From positions 1-58,423 of the forward strand of contig JAZDGU010000046.1 of assembly GCA_043806595.1 (NCBI GenBank): a DNA stretch of 58,423 bases, given 5' to 3'. The stretch is from Candidatus Micrarchaeota archaeon (GTDB taxonomy: Archaea > Micrarchaeota > Micrarchaeia > Norongarragalinales > SBBD01). The position numbers and the translations under genes are program-made. Below are positions 47,897-57,500 of the stretch, in pieces. Under the pieces are notes generated by a model. That model was given only the letters and a program-made list of their open reading frames with translations, did not search any database and was not told the origin of the DNA. Position 1 is the first letter of the stretch. Every line of letters starts with the position of its first letter.

Positions 47897-49084
47897 ATGC
47901 CCGAGAACACCCTTCATTCCCTCGTCACGCAGATAATCTCGCCGGGACTGCGCGGGCAGTACTTCGACCGCGAGGACTCCGACCGCGTCGACGCCGTGCG
48001 GCGGAGGCTGCTGCACCTCCCCGGCTCTTCCGAGGAAGCCGACCCGGAGCTCCTCAAGGAGGAGGTGACGGATGGCAACTGCCTCGTCCTCCTCGCCCCC
48101 CTCCTCGAACTCTACGAGTACTTCCACGAGAGGGAGAACGCGGAGTCGAAGAAATCGGTGCGAAGGATCGCCGAGGAAGTGGAAGGCAGGGTTGGCACGC
48201 TCATGCTTTCCGAGGCCATGGACGCCATCGACACGAGGAAGTCGTGGAAGCAGACCATCCTCGGAATCATGCGCGAGCCGCTCCCGCCAAGGCCGGAACA
48301 GCAGCCGGGAAAGAAAACCCGCATCGATTCCCCGCAAGCCACCGGGGTCGGCATCGTGATAATCCTCGTCCTATTAATCGCCGCCGCATTCTACATTTAC
48401 TACAACAGGCCCGTTGCCCTTGAACCGCCGGAAGCCACCGTCGCTCCAACCATTGAACCCATCCCGGAGGCGGTGTCTGCCACCACCGAATCCACGCCGA
48501 CGCCCACCGCCACGCCGACGCCCACGCTCAAGCTCGGCGCGCTGGATTCCGGCCTCAAGCTCCTGCTCCTCAGGGACCGCGCCGGCGCCGAAATCAAGCG
48601 CATCGCGTCCGACCTCGGGTTTTCCGTGGAAACCGAGGAAACCCTCCAGCTCGAGTCCGACTTCATCGGAGGCATCCACGAGACCCGCTACGACATGGAG
48701 GGGGAGGCATACATCGCGAACCAGCCGATGGTGCAGCGCTCGTACTTTGCATGGCAGATCCTGGCGTTCACGCAGGGAAGGAGGTTCGACGGCTCCCTCC
48801 AGCGGGTCGAATTCAACGGCTCGGCGTACTTCAAGGGGCTGCACAACGACGTCGGCCCGACGCAGCGCCCGTACGGCGACTCGGGCGCCGTGTTCTGCGA
48901 CTCCAACAGCTCGATACTCCTACTGTTCGCGTTCGACCAGAACTTCAAGTCGGCGCGGACGCCGGACGGCAACCAGACCTCGGACTACCTCGCGCGCAGG
49001 CTGACGAACGCGTGCAGGGCGTGGGTGCAGGAGCCGACCGCGTGCCTCGACCGCAAGTGCGCGCAGAGGGCCTCCAACAACTGA
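47897..49084 (+). CDS. Single-pass membrane protein with cytoplasmic helical N-domain, PT linker and extracellular domain
   Basis: TM VGIVIILVLLIAAAFYIYY, TPTPTATPTPT; host-like codons. Confidence 0.75.
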   Translation: MPENTLHSLVTQIISPGLRGQYFDREDSDRVDAVRRRLLHLPGSSEEADPELLKEEVTDGNCLVLLAPLLELYEYFHERENAESKKSVRRIAEEVEGRVGTLMLSEAMDAIDTRKSWKQTILGIMREPLPPRPEQQPGKKTRIDSPQATGVGIVIILVLLIAAAFYIYYNRPVALEPPEATVAPTIEPIPEAVSATTESTPTPTATPTPTLKLGALDSGLKLLLLRDRAGAEIKRIASDLGFSVETEETLQLESDFIGGIHETRYDMEGEAYIANQPMVQRSYFAWQILAFTQGRRFDGSLQRVEFNGSAYFKGLHNDVGPTQRPYGDSGAVFCDSNSSILLLFAFDQNFKSARTPDGNQTSDYLARRLTNACRAWVQEPTACLDRKCAQRASNN

Positions 49085-49113
49085 CGGCTCTTAGGTTACC
49101 CAAAGCACCTGCA

Positions 49114-49216
49114 AGCCCCCGATGGGATTTGAACCCATGACCTCCTGTTCACCCGGATGCCGCTGAAGCGAAGCACCGTACGAGACAGGCGCTCTACCAG
49201 TCTGAGCTACGGAGGC
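49114..49216 (-). tRNA. tRNA-Thr(CGT) with 29-nt intron at 37/38
   Basis: Cloverleaf GCCTCCG/CGGGGGC, anticodon arm CCTGT-CT CGT AA-ACAGG, BHB helix CTCG/CGGG. Confidence 0.95.
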
Positions 49217-49308
49217 ATTTCAAACGTTTACGCAATAATTGTTTTTTAAGGGGAGGGGGAAGAGGCGACACGCGTAAGGGGGAACCGTCAAGTGCCCCTT
49301 GAGGTGTC

Positions 49309-49324
49309 CTGGGCTACGGAGGCA
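49309..49324 (-). repeat. Copy of the tRNA-Thr 5' end inside a hairpin loop
   Basis: 15/16 identical to 49202-49217; stem GTGTCCT/AGGACAC at 49304-49331. Confidence 0.8.
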
Positions 49325-49432
49325 AGGACACATGTTCATGCAGAACAGTGGTTTTAACTCTTTCTTTTCGGACGGCAATGCGTTAATCAAAACGTTAATA
49401 TTCGCGGCCCGCGGAACCCCCTTCCGGTAGAA

Positions 49433-49906
49433 ATGCCCCACAAGTGCATCAAATGCGGTTCCATCTACGGCGACCGCGCGAGCCAGCTGCTGAAGGGCTG
49501 CGACTGCGGCTCTAGGATATTCCTCTTTTTAAGGGAAGAGCAGGTCTCGGTCAAGGAGAAGATGGAGGCCCTTCAGAGGGAGACCTCGGACATCATCGAG
49601 CGTCACGCCGAGATAAGGGAGCTAAGCGATGCGACGCCGATTTCCATTGAGAAGGCGCCCGAGGACAGGACCGCCGCGGAAATCGCCAGGGAGGTCGAGG
49701 ACTTCGCGGGCTGGCGCGGGCAGAACGCGCCCGAGCCCGAGGAGGACCGGGGCCCGAGGGCGGAGAACGTGCGCATCGTCGAGAAGGGCCACTACGAGCT
49801 CGACATCAAGTCGCTCATGGCAGGCAACCCGCTGGTGATTCGCAGCTCGGCGGGGGTGTTCTACATCAGGATCCCGGCGCCGGTCGGCAGGAGGGGAAGG
49901 AAATGA
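49433..49906 (+). CDS. OapC/DUF2072 zinc-ribbon protein
   Basis: MPHKCIKCG..LLKGCDCGSRIF, ENVRIVEKGHYELDI..L, GVFYI. Confidence 0.88.
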   Translation: MPHKCIKCGSIYGDRASQLLKGCDCGSRIFLFLREEQVSVKEKMEALQRETSDIIERHAEIRELSDATPISIEKAPEDRTAAEIAREVEDFAGWRGQNAPEPEEDRGPRAENVRIVEKGHYELDIKSLMAGNPLVIRSSAGVFYIRIPAPVGRRGRK

Positions 49907-50187
49907 CGCTTGCTGCTGCGGCAACTCCTGCGGCGACGGTGATAAGCTTCTCGCAGTCCGACCTCATCATTCTGGCGGGCATCCTGATTTTCGTGGCGCT
50001 CATCGTTCTTGTGCTGCTCAAGCGCTTCATCGTCAATTCCATATTAGGTGTAATCGCGCTCATCATCCTCAATTCCGTCGGCGTAAGCATCCCAATAAAC
50101 TTCGTGACGATGCTCGTCGCGGCCGTGCTAGGGCTGGTCGGAATCGCGCTTTTGGTCATCCTCAAGCTCGCCGGCATAAGCATTTAA
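49903..50187 (+). CDS. BofA-like small membrane protein
   Basis: NSILGVIAL..IPIN..A.LGLVG. Confidence 0.8.
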   Translation: MTLAAAATPAATVISFSQSDLIILAGILIFVALIVLVLLKRFIVNSILGVIALIILNSVGVSIPINFVTMLVAAVLGLVGIALLVILKLAGISI

Positions 50188-50216
50188 TAAAACCAGCCCG
50201 CTAAACTCTTCCGAGA

Positions 50217-50308
50217 GGGCCTGTAGCTCAGCTTGGATAGAGCGTCTGCCTCCTAATCTCGTTGGAGGGGAAAGCAGAAGGCCGCGGGTTCGAATCCCGT
50301 CGGGCCCG
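50217..50308 (+). tRNA. tRNA-Arg(CCT) with 17-nt intron at 37/38
   Basis: GGGCCTG/CGGGCCC acceptor, TCTGC-CT CCT AA-GCAGA, BHB helix CTCC/GGGG, TTCGAAT loop. Confidence 0.95.
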
Positions 50309-50371
50309 TCCGCCTTCTTTTGGCGCGGCGCCACCGCACCTTTTCTTCGCGAAGAAAAGGGGCAAGGCAGA

Positions 50372-50389
50372 GAATCCCGTCGGGCCCGT
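50372..50389 (+). repeat. 18-bp direct repeat of the tRNA-Arg 3' end (att-like)
   Basis: GAATCCCGTCGGGCCCGT identical to 50292-50309. Confidence 0.9.
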
Positions 50390-50456
50390 ATTCCTTGAAC
50401 CCCCGAATCGCAACCTTTTTCTATCCCGCTGGCGTACATTCCAGCGTGGGGAAGGA

Positions 50457-51005
50457 ATGGACGAGTTCCTGTATGGACAGCTGAAGAGGCTCAGGAAGGC
50501 GTGCACGAAGGCGGACATAGCCGAACTCAAGGACTTCGGCGAGGACGTAGCCGAGAAGGCGTTTCTCGCGAACAGGCCGGAGATGCTCAACCTCGCCGTC
50601 GTGGCGTATTCGATAGCCAAATTCGAGGAAAAGCCGTACATAGTCAAGGGGAAGCAGTGGCCGGCACAGTACAAGAAGATCTTGGAACAGCTGGACGAGT
50701 ACATGCGCGCCGCGAAGGACGAGCAGGAGGAGGAATGCTATGAGATGCTGGCAGAAATGGTCGAAGAGTTCGAGGAGTTCAGCTACGCCAGCAGCCGCTT
50801 CCGCTCGACGGTCGTCGAGAAGGCGAGGATAAAGGCGGCTACGCAGGTCTATGCCCACGGCGCGTCGCTTTCCGTTGCGGCCGAGTTCGCCGGCGTGCCC
50901 AAGGAAGAGCTAGCGAAATACATAGGCGTGACCAAGCTGCCGGAGAAATACGAGACGTACAGTGTCAAGGAGCGCCTGCAGACGGCGCGCGAGCTGTTCT
51001 CTTAA
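50457..51005 (+). CDS. Hypothetical protein with C-terminal HTH-like motif
   Basis: KARIKAATQVYAHGASLSVAAEFAG..L..YIG.T; host-like codon usage. Confidence 0.8.
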   Translation: MDEFLYGQLKRLRKACTKADIAELKDFGEDVAEKAFLANRPEMLNLAVVAYSIAKFEEKPYIVKGKQWPAQYKKILEQLDEYMRAAKDEQEEECYEMLAEMVEEFEEFSYASSRFRSTVVEKARIKAATQVYAHGASLSVAAEFAGVPKEELAKYIGVTKLPEKYETYSVKERLQTARELFS

Positions 51006-51041
51006 TATTTAATAGCCTTGCCCGCCAAACAAACTAACGCT

Positions 51042-51162
51042 GCGGAGGTCGCCTAGTGGCTATGGCGGCAGCCTGCTAACCCCCCGAATGCCGGAAGGCA
51101 GCGGGGGGACGGTAAGCTGTTGGTGCGAAAGCGCCGCGCGGGTTCGAATCCCGCTCTCCGCG
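51042..51162 (+). tRNA. tRNA-Ser(GCT) with 36-nt intron (51079-51114) and long variable arm
   Basis: GCGGAGG/TCTCCGC-G73, GCAGC-CT GCT AA-GCTGT, variable arm GGTGC GAAA GCGCC. Confidence 0.93.
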
Positions 51163-51195
51163 TCGGTTTTTAATTACAGACTGATTCTTGTTTTT

Positions 51196-52095
51196 ATGGA
51201 CTGGAAGAACGCGGCGTATGTCGCGGCGCTTCTCGCCGTGGCGTACGCCCTCCTGAAGCTTTTCGACGCCGAGAAAGCGCTCCCGTCCATGAACATGGCG
51301 CTCGCCGGGCTTGCGGTCGCGCTGTATTTGCTGAGCATAATCCCGTGGAACGCGGCTTGGGGCAGGCACCTCGGCGCCGGGTTCTGGGAGGCCAACAAGA
51401 TCGGGTGGGCGGCGCAGTTCGGCTCGCTCACGCCGTTTTCCATCGGCAACGACGTCCTGCGGGGCTACTTCGGCAGGCAATACGGAAGGCCGGCGACGGA
51501 CTCGATTGCGGCAAGCCTCGCAACCAAGTTCCACAAGATAGGCATCGCCCTCGCGTTTTCCGTCGCGGGCATTCTCGCGCTGGCCGCAAGGCACAGCGAG
51601 CTCGGGGAATCCATCGCGCTCGGCGTGGTTCTGCCGGTGGTGCTGCTCGCCGGCGTCTACTTCCTGACCAGGGAGGGGCCGATGAGACTGCTTTCAAGGT
51701 TCGCCGGCGGCAGGCTCGCCGGGGGCAAGGCCGAGAACTTCGCGCGCAGGCTGAAGGAGTACCTGCACAAGCCGCGGGCGGATGCACTGGGGCTGCTGGC
51801 GCTTTCGCTGCTGCTGGAACTGGCGTCGTTCTACGCGTGCTTCGCGGCCTTCGGCGTGTGGCTCGATCCGTTCACCGCTTACCTCATTTACACGCTGCTG
51901 TTCTTCGTGGCAAAGCTGCCGATAATCCCGCAGGGAATCGGCGTGACGGAGGCAATAGGGCTGGTTATCCTGCAGGGCTCGGCATCGGTCGGTTTTGTCG
52001 CGGCGGGGCTGCTGCTATGGTCGGTGGCGAGGATCTGGGCGCCCGTAATCGCAAGCGTGGCGTTCTATTCGTCGGTCAGGGCCCGCGAAGGCTAG
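51196..52095 (+). CDS. Lysylphosphatidylglycerol synthase TM / flippase-like (UPF0104) protein
   Basis: LTPFSIGNDVLR, PQGIGVTE, multiple TM helices. Confidence 0.88.
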   Translation: MDWKNAAYVAALLAVAYALLKLFDAEKALPSMNMALAGLAVALYLLSIIPWNAAWGRHLGAGFWEANKIGWAAQFGSLTPFSIGNDVLRGYFGRQYGRPATDSIAASLATKFHKIGIALAFSVAGILALAARHSELGESIALGVVLPVVLLAGVYFLTREGPMRLLSRFAGGRLAGGKAENFARRLKEYLHKPRADALGLLALSLLLELASFYACFAAFGVWLDPFTAYLIYTLLFFVAKLPIIPQGIGVTEAIGLVILQGSASVGFVAAGLLLWSVARIWAPVIASVAFYSSVRAREG

Positions 52096-52730
52096 TTCTC
52101 GGCCTCCTTGGAGAGACGCTTCTTGGTGACCTTGAGCGCGAAGAAGCGCTCGGCCTCGAGCCGGTTGAGATGGTCGCTGATCTCCTTTATGGTGGTGGCC
52201 AGCTCTGGCTGGATGTTGAACTCGAGCGCGTTGACCTTGCGGTTGGTCTTCTCGATCTCCTTCAGCAGCCTCTTGAGCGCGGTCTCGAATTCGGCGAGCT
52301 TGATGACGAGGTTGAGGAGCTTCTCGAAGTGCTCGACCGCGGCGTCGAACTTCGCGGACGAGCCCTGCAGCGGGTAGCCGCGCTCGAGCAGCGTCTTCTC
52401 CACGTCCACGCCTTTTATCTCCGCGATGCGGATGCCCATGATGTTCTTGGCGGTGACCTCGATTTCGGGGACCTTCTTGCTCGCGAGCGCCGCGGTCTCG
52501 ACGAAGAGGTCGCCGTGGAACGCCTTGGCGACGGCAAGCGACCTGAAGGCAAGCGCGGCCTCTGTGTCCGCTTCCTTGCGGAGGTCCTTCGCCTTCGTGA
52601 TGATGTTGAAGAACTCGTGCACGAGGGCGTCGCGCTTCTGCTTGAGGATGGTGTGGCCCTTTTTCGCTAGCACGAGCTGCTGCTTCGTGTTCAGCAGTTC
52701 CATCCTCGTCGGACGCACTCCTTCCTTCAT
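52092..52730 (-). CDS. atpD: A/V-type ATP synthase subunit D
   Basis: PTRMELL, GH.ILKQKRDAL, EIEKTNRKVNALE, ERFFALK. Confidence 0.96.
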   Translation of the reverse strand: MKEGVRPTRMELLNTKQQLVLAKKGHTILKQKRDALVHEFFNIITKAKDLRKEADTEAALAFRSLAVAKAFHGDLFVETAALASKKVPEIEVTAKNIMGIRIAEIKGVDVEKTLLERGYPLQGSSAKFDAAVEHFEKLLNLVIKLAEFETALKRLLKEIEKTNRKVNALEFNIQPELATTIKEISDHLNRLEAERFFALKVTKKRLSKEAEN

Positions 52731-52793
52731 GGGAAAACCACTATCAGCAAACGCTATTCGGAAGGCAATATTAAAAAATACAGGCGCAGGCGG

Positions 52794-53531
52794 TCACCAC
52801 AATTTATAGAGGCGGTTGGCAAGCGCATCTACCGCGGCCTCGACCTCGGGCAATGGCAGGGTCTTGGCCTCGGCAAGCCTGCGGTAGACGTCCGCGACGT
52901 TGCGCGGCTCGTTCCTGCCGGCGTGCCAGAGGAAGGGGGAGTCGGTCTCGCAGTGCACGCGTTCAAGCGGCACGGACTTGAGGACCTTGTCGCGTTTCTT
53001 GCTGCGGAGCGTCGGGACGGAGATTGTGTGCCCGAGTGATAATGACTTTTCGAGGAACGCGGGCTCGTAGAAGCAGTGCATGACGACGTGCAGCTTGGGA
53101 AAATCCGCGAGGATGGCGTAGAGGTCGTCGTGCGCGTCGCGGCAGTGTATCTGGACGGGTTTGGAATGCTTTTCGGCGAGCTGCAACTGGGCGGCGAGCG
53201 CGTCCTTCTGCTTCTGACGGTCCGCCGGCTCCCTGAAATGGCGGTATTCCAGCCCGATCTCGCCGATGGCGACGGCGGAGTCGGCGTTTATTTCAAGGAA
53301 TTTCAGTTCTTCCTTGAGGTCGGCGGAGGGGGCGTCGTGCGGGGAAAGCCCGAGCACGGGGAAGACGTAGGAAGGGTGCAGGCGGCTGACGGCGAGGACT
53401 TTTTCCGAGTCCGAGGCGCTGGTGCCGATGCAAAGAATGGCGCGAAGCCCGGCGGACTTGGCGTTGGCAATGACGGCGTCGGTATCCGCAGAAAACAGCG
53501 GGTGGGTGAGGTGGCAATGAGAGTCGAGCAT
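52794..53531 (-). CDS. tatD: TatD family nuclease
   Basis: DSHCH, IGEIGL, IHCR, MHC, ETDSP. Confidence 0.95.
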   Translation of the reverse strand: MLDSHCHLTHPLFSADTDAVIANAKSAGLRAILCIGTSASDSEKVLAVSRLHPSYVFPVLGLSPHDAPSADLKEELKFLEINADSAVAIGEIGLEYRHFREPADRQKQKDALAAQLQLAEKHSKPVQIHCRDAHDDLYAILADFPKLHVVMHCFYEPAFLEKSLSLGHTISVPTLRSKKRDKVLKSVPLERVHCETDSPFLWHAGRNEPRNVADVYRRLAEAKTLPLPEVEAAVDALANRLYKLW

Positions 53532-53673
53532 GGGATTATTCCCCGATTAGGCGTAGGAGGGCGGGACAGCTATTTAAATGTTTTTTGACCGTATATGCAG
53601 TGCAATCCTATTGCGTTCCGCCTTCCATTGAATGCTTAGTGGCGGGTGGTTGAAAACGGGTGACCCAGCGGGC

Positions 53674-55407
53674 ATGGCTTCCGAGGCGATTCTCTCCAAG
53701 ATTTCCGGCCCAGTGGTGCAGGCCACTGGCATGCAGGGCGCGCAGATCAACGAGCTGGTAAAGGTGGGGGACATGCAGCTCGTCGGCGAGATAATCGCGC
53801 TCAAGTACGACCGCGCGTCGATCCAGGTCTATGAGGACACGAACGGCCTGAGGCCCGGGGAGAAGGTCGTTCGGACCGAGATGCCGCTTTCCGTCGAGCT
53901 CGCGCCGGGACTGCTCTCCGGAATCTTCGACGGCACGCAGAGGCCGCTCGAGGCCATCATGGGGAAGTCCGGCAACTTCATCCAGAAGGGCATTTCCGTC
54001 AACGCGCTCGACCGCAAGAAGAAATGGGATTTCGAACCCTCCGTGAAGAAGGGGGACAAGGTCGGGCCGGGCGACATCCTTGGCACGGTCAAGGAGAACG
54101 ACATCGAGCACAGGATCATGGTGCCCGCGGGCGTCGAGGGAACGGTTTCGGACATCGAACGCGGCGCATTCACCATCGAGGAGACCGTCGCGACCGTCGG
54201 AAAGAAGGAAATATTCATGCTGCAGAGGTGGCCGGTCCGGATTCCCCGCCATTACGTCGAAAAGCTCAGAACCGACATGCCGCTCATCACGGGCAAGCGC
54301 ATCGTCGACACGTTCTTTCCCATCGCAAAGGGAGGAGTCGCGGCCATTCCCGGACCGTTCGGCTCCGGCAAGACGGTCACCCAGCAGGACCTCGCGAAAT
54401 ACGCCGACGCTGACGTCATCGTCTACATCGGCTGCGGCGAGCGCGGGAACGAGATGACGGACGTGCTCGTCGAGTTCCCGAAGCTGCTCGACCCCAAGAA
54501 CAAGAAGCCGCTCATGAACCGCACGGTGCTCATCGCGAACACCTCGAACATGCCCGTCGCGGCGCGCGAGGCGAGCATCTACACAGGAATCACGATAGCT
54601 GAATATTACCGGGACATGGGATACAGCGTCGCGCTCATGGCCGACAGCACGTCCCGCTGGGCCGAGGCGATGCGCGAGATCAGCGGGCGCATGGAGGAGA
54701 TGCCCGGCGAGGAAGGCTACCCCGCGTACCTCGCAAAGAAGCTTGCCGAGTTCTACGAGCGCGCCGGCATTGTGCAGTGCGAGGCGGGCAAGCCGCGCTT
54801 CGGCAGCATCTCGGTCATCGGCGCGGTCTCGCCTCCCGGCGGGGACATCTCCGAGCCGGTCTCGCAGGCCACGCTGCGCGTCACCAAGGTGTTCTGGGCT
54901 CTGGACGCGAACCTTTCGCGGCGCAGGCACTACCCCGCCATCAACTGGCTGAAAAGCTATTCACTGTATCTCGACGACCTCGAGAAGTGGTACATCGACA
55001 ACGTGGCGAGCGACTTCTACGACGTGCGCGGGAGGGCCATGTCCCTGCTCCAGGAGGAGGCCGAACTCCAGAACATCGTGCAGCTCATCGGCCCCGACGC
55101 GCTGCCGGACAAGCAGAGGCTCGTGCTCGAGGCGACGAAGATGATCCGCGAGGACTTCCTCCAGCAGAACTCGTACGACGAGGTCGACGTGTACTCGACG
55201 CTCAAGAAGCAGCACGCGCTGCTGAAGGCGATACTCCATTTCTACGACAAGGCCGCCAATGCGCTCGCAATGGACGTGCCCTTCGAGAGGATACAGAAGG
55301 CGCCGCAGAAGCAGCAGATTGCGGGCCTCAAGCGGCTGAAGGACGACGAGTTCACAAAAGCCATTTCCGAGCTGAACAAGGGCCTCGAGACGGCGTTCGC
55401 AAAATAG
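53674..55407 (+). CDS. atpA: A/V-type ATP synthase subunit A (no intein)
   Basis: [29 protein letters not shown]. Confidence 0.98.
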   Translation: MASEAILSKISGPVVQATGMQGAQINELVKVGDMQLVGEIIALKYDRASIQVYEDTNGLRPGEKVVRTEMPLSVELAPGLLSGIFDGTQRPLEAIMGKSGNFIQKGISVNALDRKKKWDFEPSVKKGDKVGPGDILGTVKENDIEHRIMVPAGVEGTVSDIERGAFTIEETVATVGKKEIFMLQRWPVRIPRHYVEKLRTDMPLITGKRIVDTFFPIAKGGVAAIPGPFGSGKTVTQQDLAKYADADVIVYIGCGERGNEMTDVLVEFPKLLDPKNKKPLMNRTVLIANTSNMPVAAREASIYTGITIAEYYRDMGYSVALMADSTSRWAEAMREISGRMEEMPGEEGYPAYLAKKLAEFYERAGIVQCEAGKPRFGSISVIGAVSPPGGDISEPVSQATLRVTKVFWALDANLSRRRHYPAINWLKSYSLYLDDLEKWYIDNVASDFYDVRGRAMSLLQEEAELQNIVQLIGPDALPDKQRLVLEATKMIREDFLQQNSYDEVDVYSTLKKQHALLKAILHFYDKAANALAMDVPFERIQKAPQKQQIAGLKRLKDDEFTKAISELNKGLETAFAK

Positions 55408-55418
55408 GGGATCCGCGT

Positions 55419-56024
55419 ATGCCGCCGGAAGAAAAAATGGATTTGGAGATAAGTCACAAGGGCCTTCGGGGTAAAATTGAAAGGGCGGAAACAAGCTTGA
55501 GGGACGTCAGAACTCAAATCAAAGAAATCGGGAAAACGGGCAGTAGCCACGCCAGCACGATAGGCGTGATAACCAAGGGGATCGGTTTGACTGCAAGCGA
55601 AATCGCATGGACTCATGGAGAAGGAAGGGTCAATTACGACAGGGTTCGCACCACCCTCTTGTGGAAGGTCGTGTCCGGACACCTGCAGGAACACGCCCCC
55701 CTGCCCGATCCCCGCGTTACCATCGCCCTCCTGTCCCAAAAGAGGTATAACCGCCCGGCGCCCATCATCCACTCCCAGGCCCTCCTTCACGTGATCTACG
55801 GGGCATTCGGAAGGAATCCGGCATCATTCCCAGAAATTTCCAAGGCGCTGAGGACGCATAAACTTGCCAAGCACATCCCGTCCCTGAGAATGACTGAAAC
55901 ACAGCTCGCGGGCAGGATCAACCTGCTGACCGGCGCGGGATTGCTGCACGGGCCCGATCTGCACGAGGGGAAACCGTCCGCATACGCAACCTTCAATCTA
56001 ACAAACATGGCTCTGGGTGGATGA
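55419..56024 (+). CDS. Orphan protein (coiled coil plus wHTH-like C-terminus) between atpA and atpB
   Basis: 201 aa, starts 11 nt after the atpA stop, ATGA overlap with atpB; atypical codon usage. Confidence 0.7.
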   Translation: MPPEEKMDLEISHKGLRGKIERAETSLRDVRTQIKEIGKTGSSHASTIGVITKGIGLTASEIAWTHGEGRVNYDRVRTTLLWKVVSGHLQEHAPLPDPRVTIALLSQKRYNRPAPIIHSQALLHVIYGAFGRNPASFPEISKALRTHKLAKHIPSLRMTETQLAGRINLLTGAGLLHGPDLHEGKPSAYATFNLTNMALGG

Positions 56025-57481
56025 CGATGATCAAGGAATACAGGACCGTGCGGGAAATCTTCGGGCCGATAGTGTTCGTCGAGGGCGTCGAAAACGCGGC
56101 GTACGGGGAAACCGTCAACATCATCCTCCCGAGCGGGGACAGGAAGAAGGGGCAGGTGCTCGAGACGAGCAAGGGCCTCGCAGCGGTCCAGATTTTCGGC
56201 AGCACGCAGGGCCTCGACACCAAGGAGACGCGCATACGCTTCACCGGAGAGACGATGAACCTCGCGGTCAGCGACGAGATGGTCGGACGCGTGTTCAACG
56301 GCAGCGGCGAGCCGATAGACAAGGGCTCCCCCATCATCAGCAAGGAGAAGCAGGACATCAACGGCTCCGCCATCAACCCGTTCGCGCGCGCGGAACCCAA
56401 GGAATTCATACAGACCGGGATCTCCACGATCGACACCATGAACACGCTCGTCCGCGGTCAGAAGCTCCCCATATTCTCGGGCAGCGGTCTGCCGCACAAC
56501 GACATCGCCGTTCAGATCGCAAGGCAGGCGACCGTGCTCGACAAGGGCGAGGGCGAGGAGTCCGTCGTCATATTCGGGGCCATGGGAATCACTCACTCCG
56601 AGGCGAGCTTCTTCATGCAGGACTTCGAGAAGACGGGAGCGCTCGAGAGGGCCGTGCTGTTCCTCAACCTCGCGAACGACCCGAGCATCGAGAGGCTCAT
56701 CACGCCCCGCCTCGCGCTCACGGCTGCGGAATACCTCGCGTTCGAGAAGGACTACCAGGTGCTCGTCATCCTCACGGACATGACCAATTACTGCGATTCC
56801 CTCCGTGAAATCGCGGCGGCGCGGCAGGAGGTGCCCGGCAGGCGCGGCTACCCCGGCTACATGTACACCGACCTCGCCAGCATATACGAGAGGGCGGGCA
56901 GGATAAAGGGCAAGAAGGGCAGCATCACGCAGTTCCCGATACTTTCCATGCCGGACGACGACATCACGCACCCCATCCCGGACCTCACGGGCTACATCAC
57001 CGAGGGCCAGATCGTGCTCAGCAGGGAATTGCAGCGCAAGGGCATCTACCCGTGCATCGACGTGCTGCCCTCTCTTTCAAGGCTGATGAACTCGGGCCTG
57101 GGGGCGGGCAAGACGCGCGAGGACCACGCCGGAATCGCATCGCAGCTGTACGCGTCCTACGCGGAGGGAAGGGACCTGCGCAATCTTGTCGCTGTAGTCG
57201 GGGAGGAGGCGCTGACCGACAGGGACAAGAAGTTTTTGCGGTTCGCCGAGACCTTCGAGAAGCGCTATGTCACGCAGGGCAAGTACGAGAACCGCGGAAT
57301 CGAGCAGTCGCTCGAGCTGGGATGGGAGCTGGTGGCGGAGCTGCCGGAGGAGGAGGTCAAGAGGCCCAAGCCCGAGCACAAGGAGAAGTACGGGAAGAAG
57401 TACCGCGACGGCACGGCCAAGGCCGGCGGCGCCCCGCACGCGCACGCTCATCACGAAAAAAAGCACGCCGAGAAATCCTAG
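56021..57481 (+). CDS. atpB: A/V-type ATP synthase subunit B
   Basis: [44 protein letters not shown]. Confidence 0.98.
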   Translation: MTMIKEYRTVREIFGPIVFVEGVENAAYGETVNIILPSGDRKKGQVLETSKGLAAVQIFGSTQGLDTKETRIRFTGETMNLAVSDEMVGRVFNGSGEPIDKGSPIISKEKQDINGSAINPFARAEPKEFIQTGISTIDTMNTLVRGQKLPIFSGSGLPHNDIAVQIARQATVLDKGEGEESVVIFGAMGITHSEASFFMQDFEKTGALERAVLFLNLANDPSIERLITPRLALTAAEYLAFEKDYQVLVILTDMTNYCDSLREIAAARQEVPGRRGYPGYMYTDLASIYERAGRIKGKKGSITQFPILSMPDDDITHPIPDLTGYITEGQIVLSRELQRKGIYPCIDVLPSLSRLMNSGLGAGKTREDHAGIASQLYASYAEGRDLRNLVAVVGEEALTDRDKKFLRFAETFEKRYVTQGKYENRGIEQSLELGWELVAELPEEEVKRPKPEHKEKYGKKYRDGTAKAGGAPHAHAHHEKKHAEKS

Positions 57482-57500
57482 CCGGTAAATGGCGCGCAGA

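Noticed and set aside
53674-55407. Intein in ATP synthase subunit A or in Cdc6
   Set aside because: Both proteins are normal length with uninterrupted Walker A motifs
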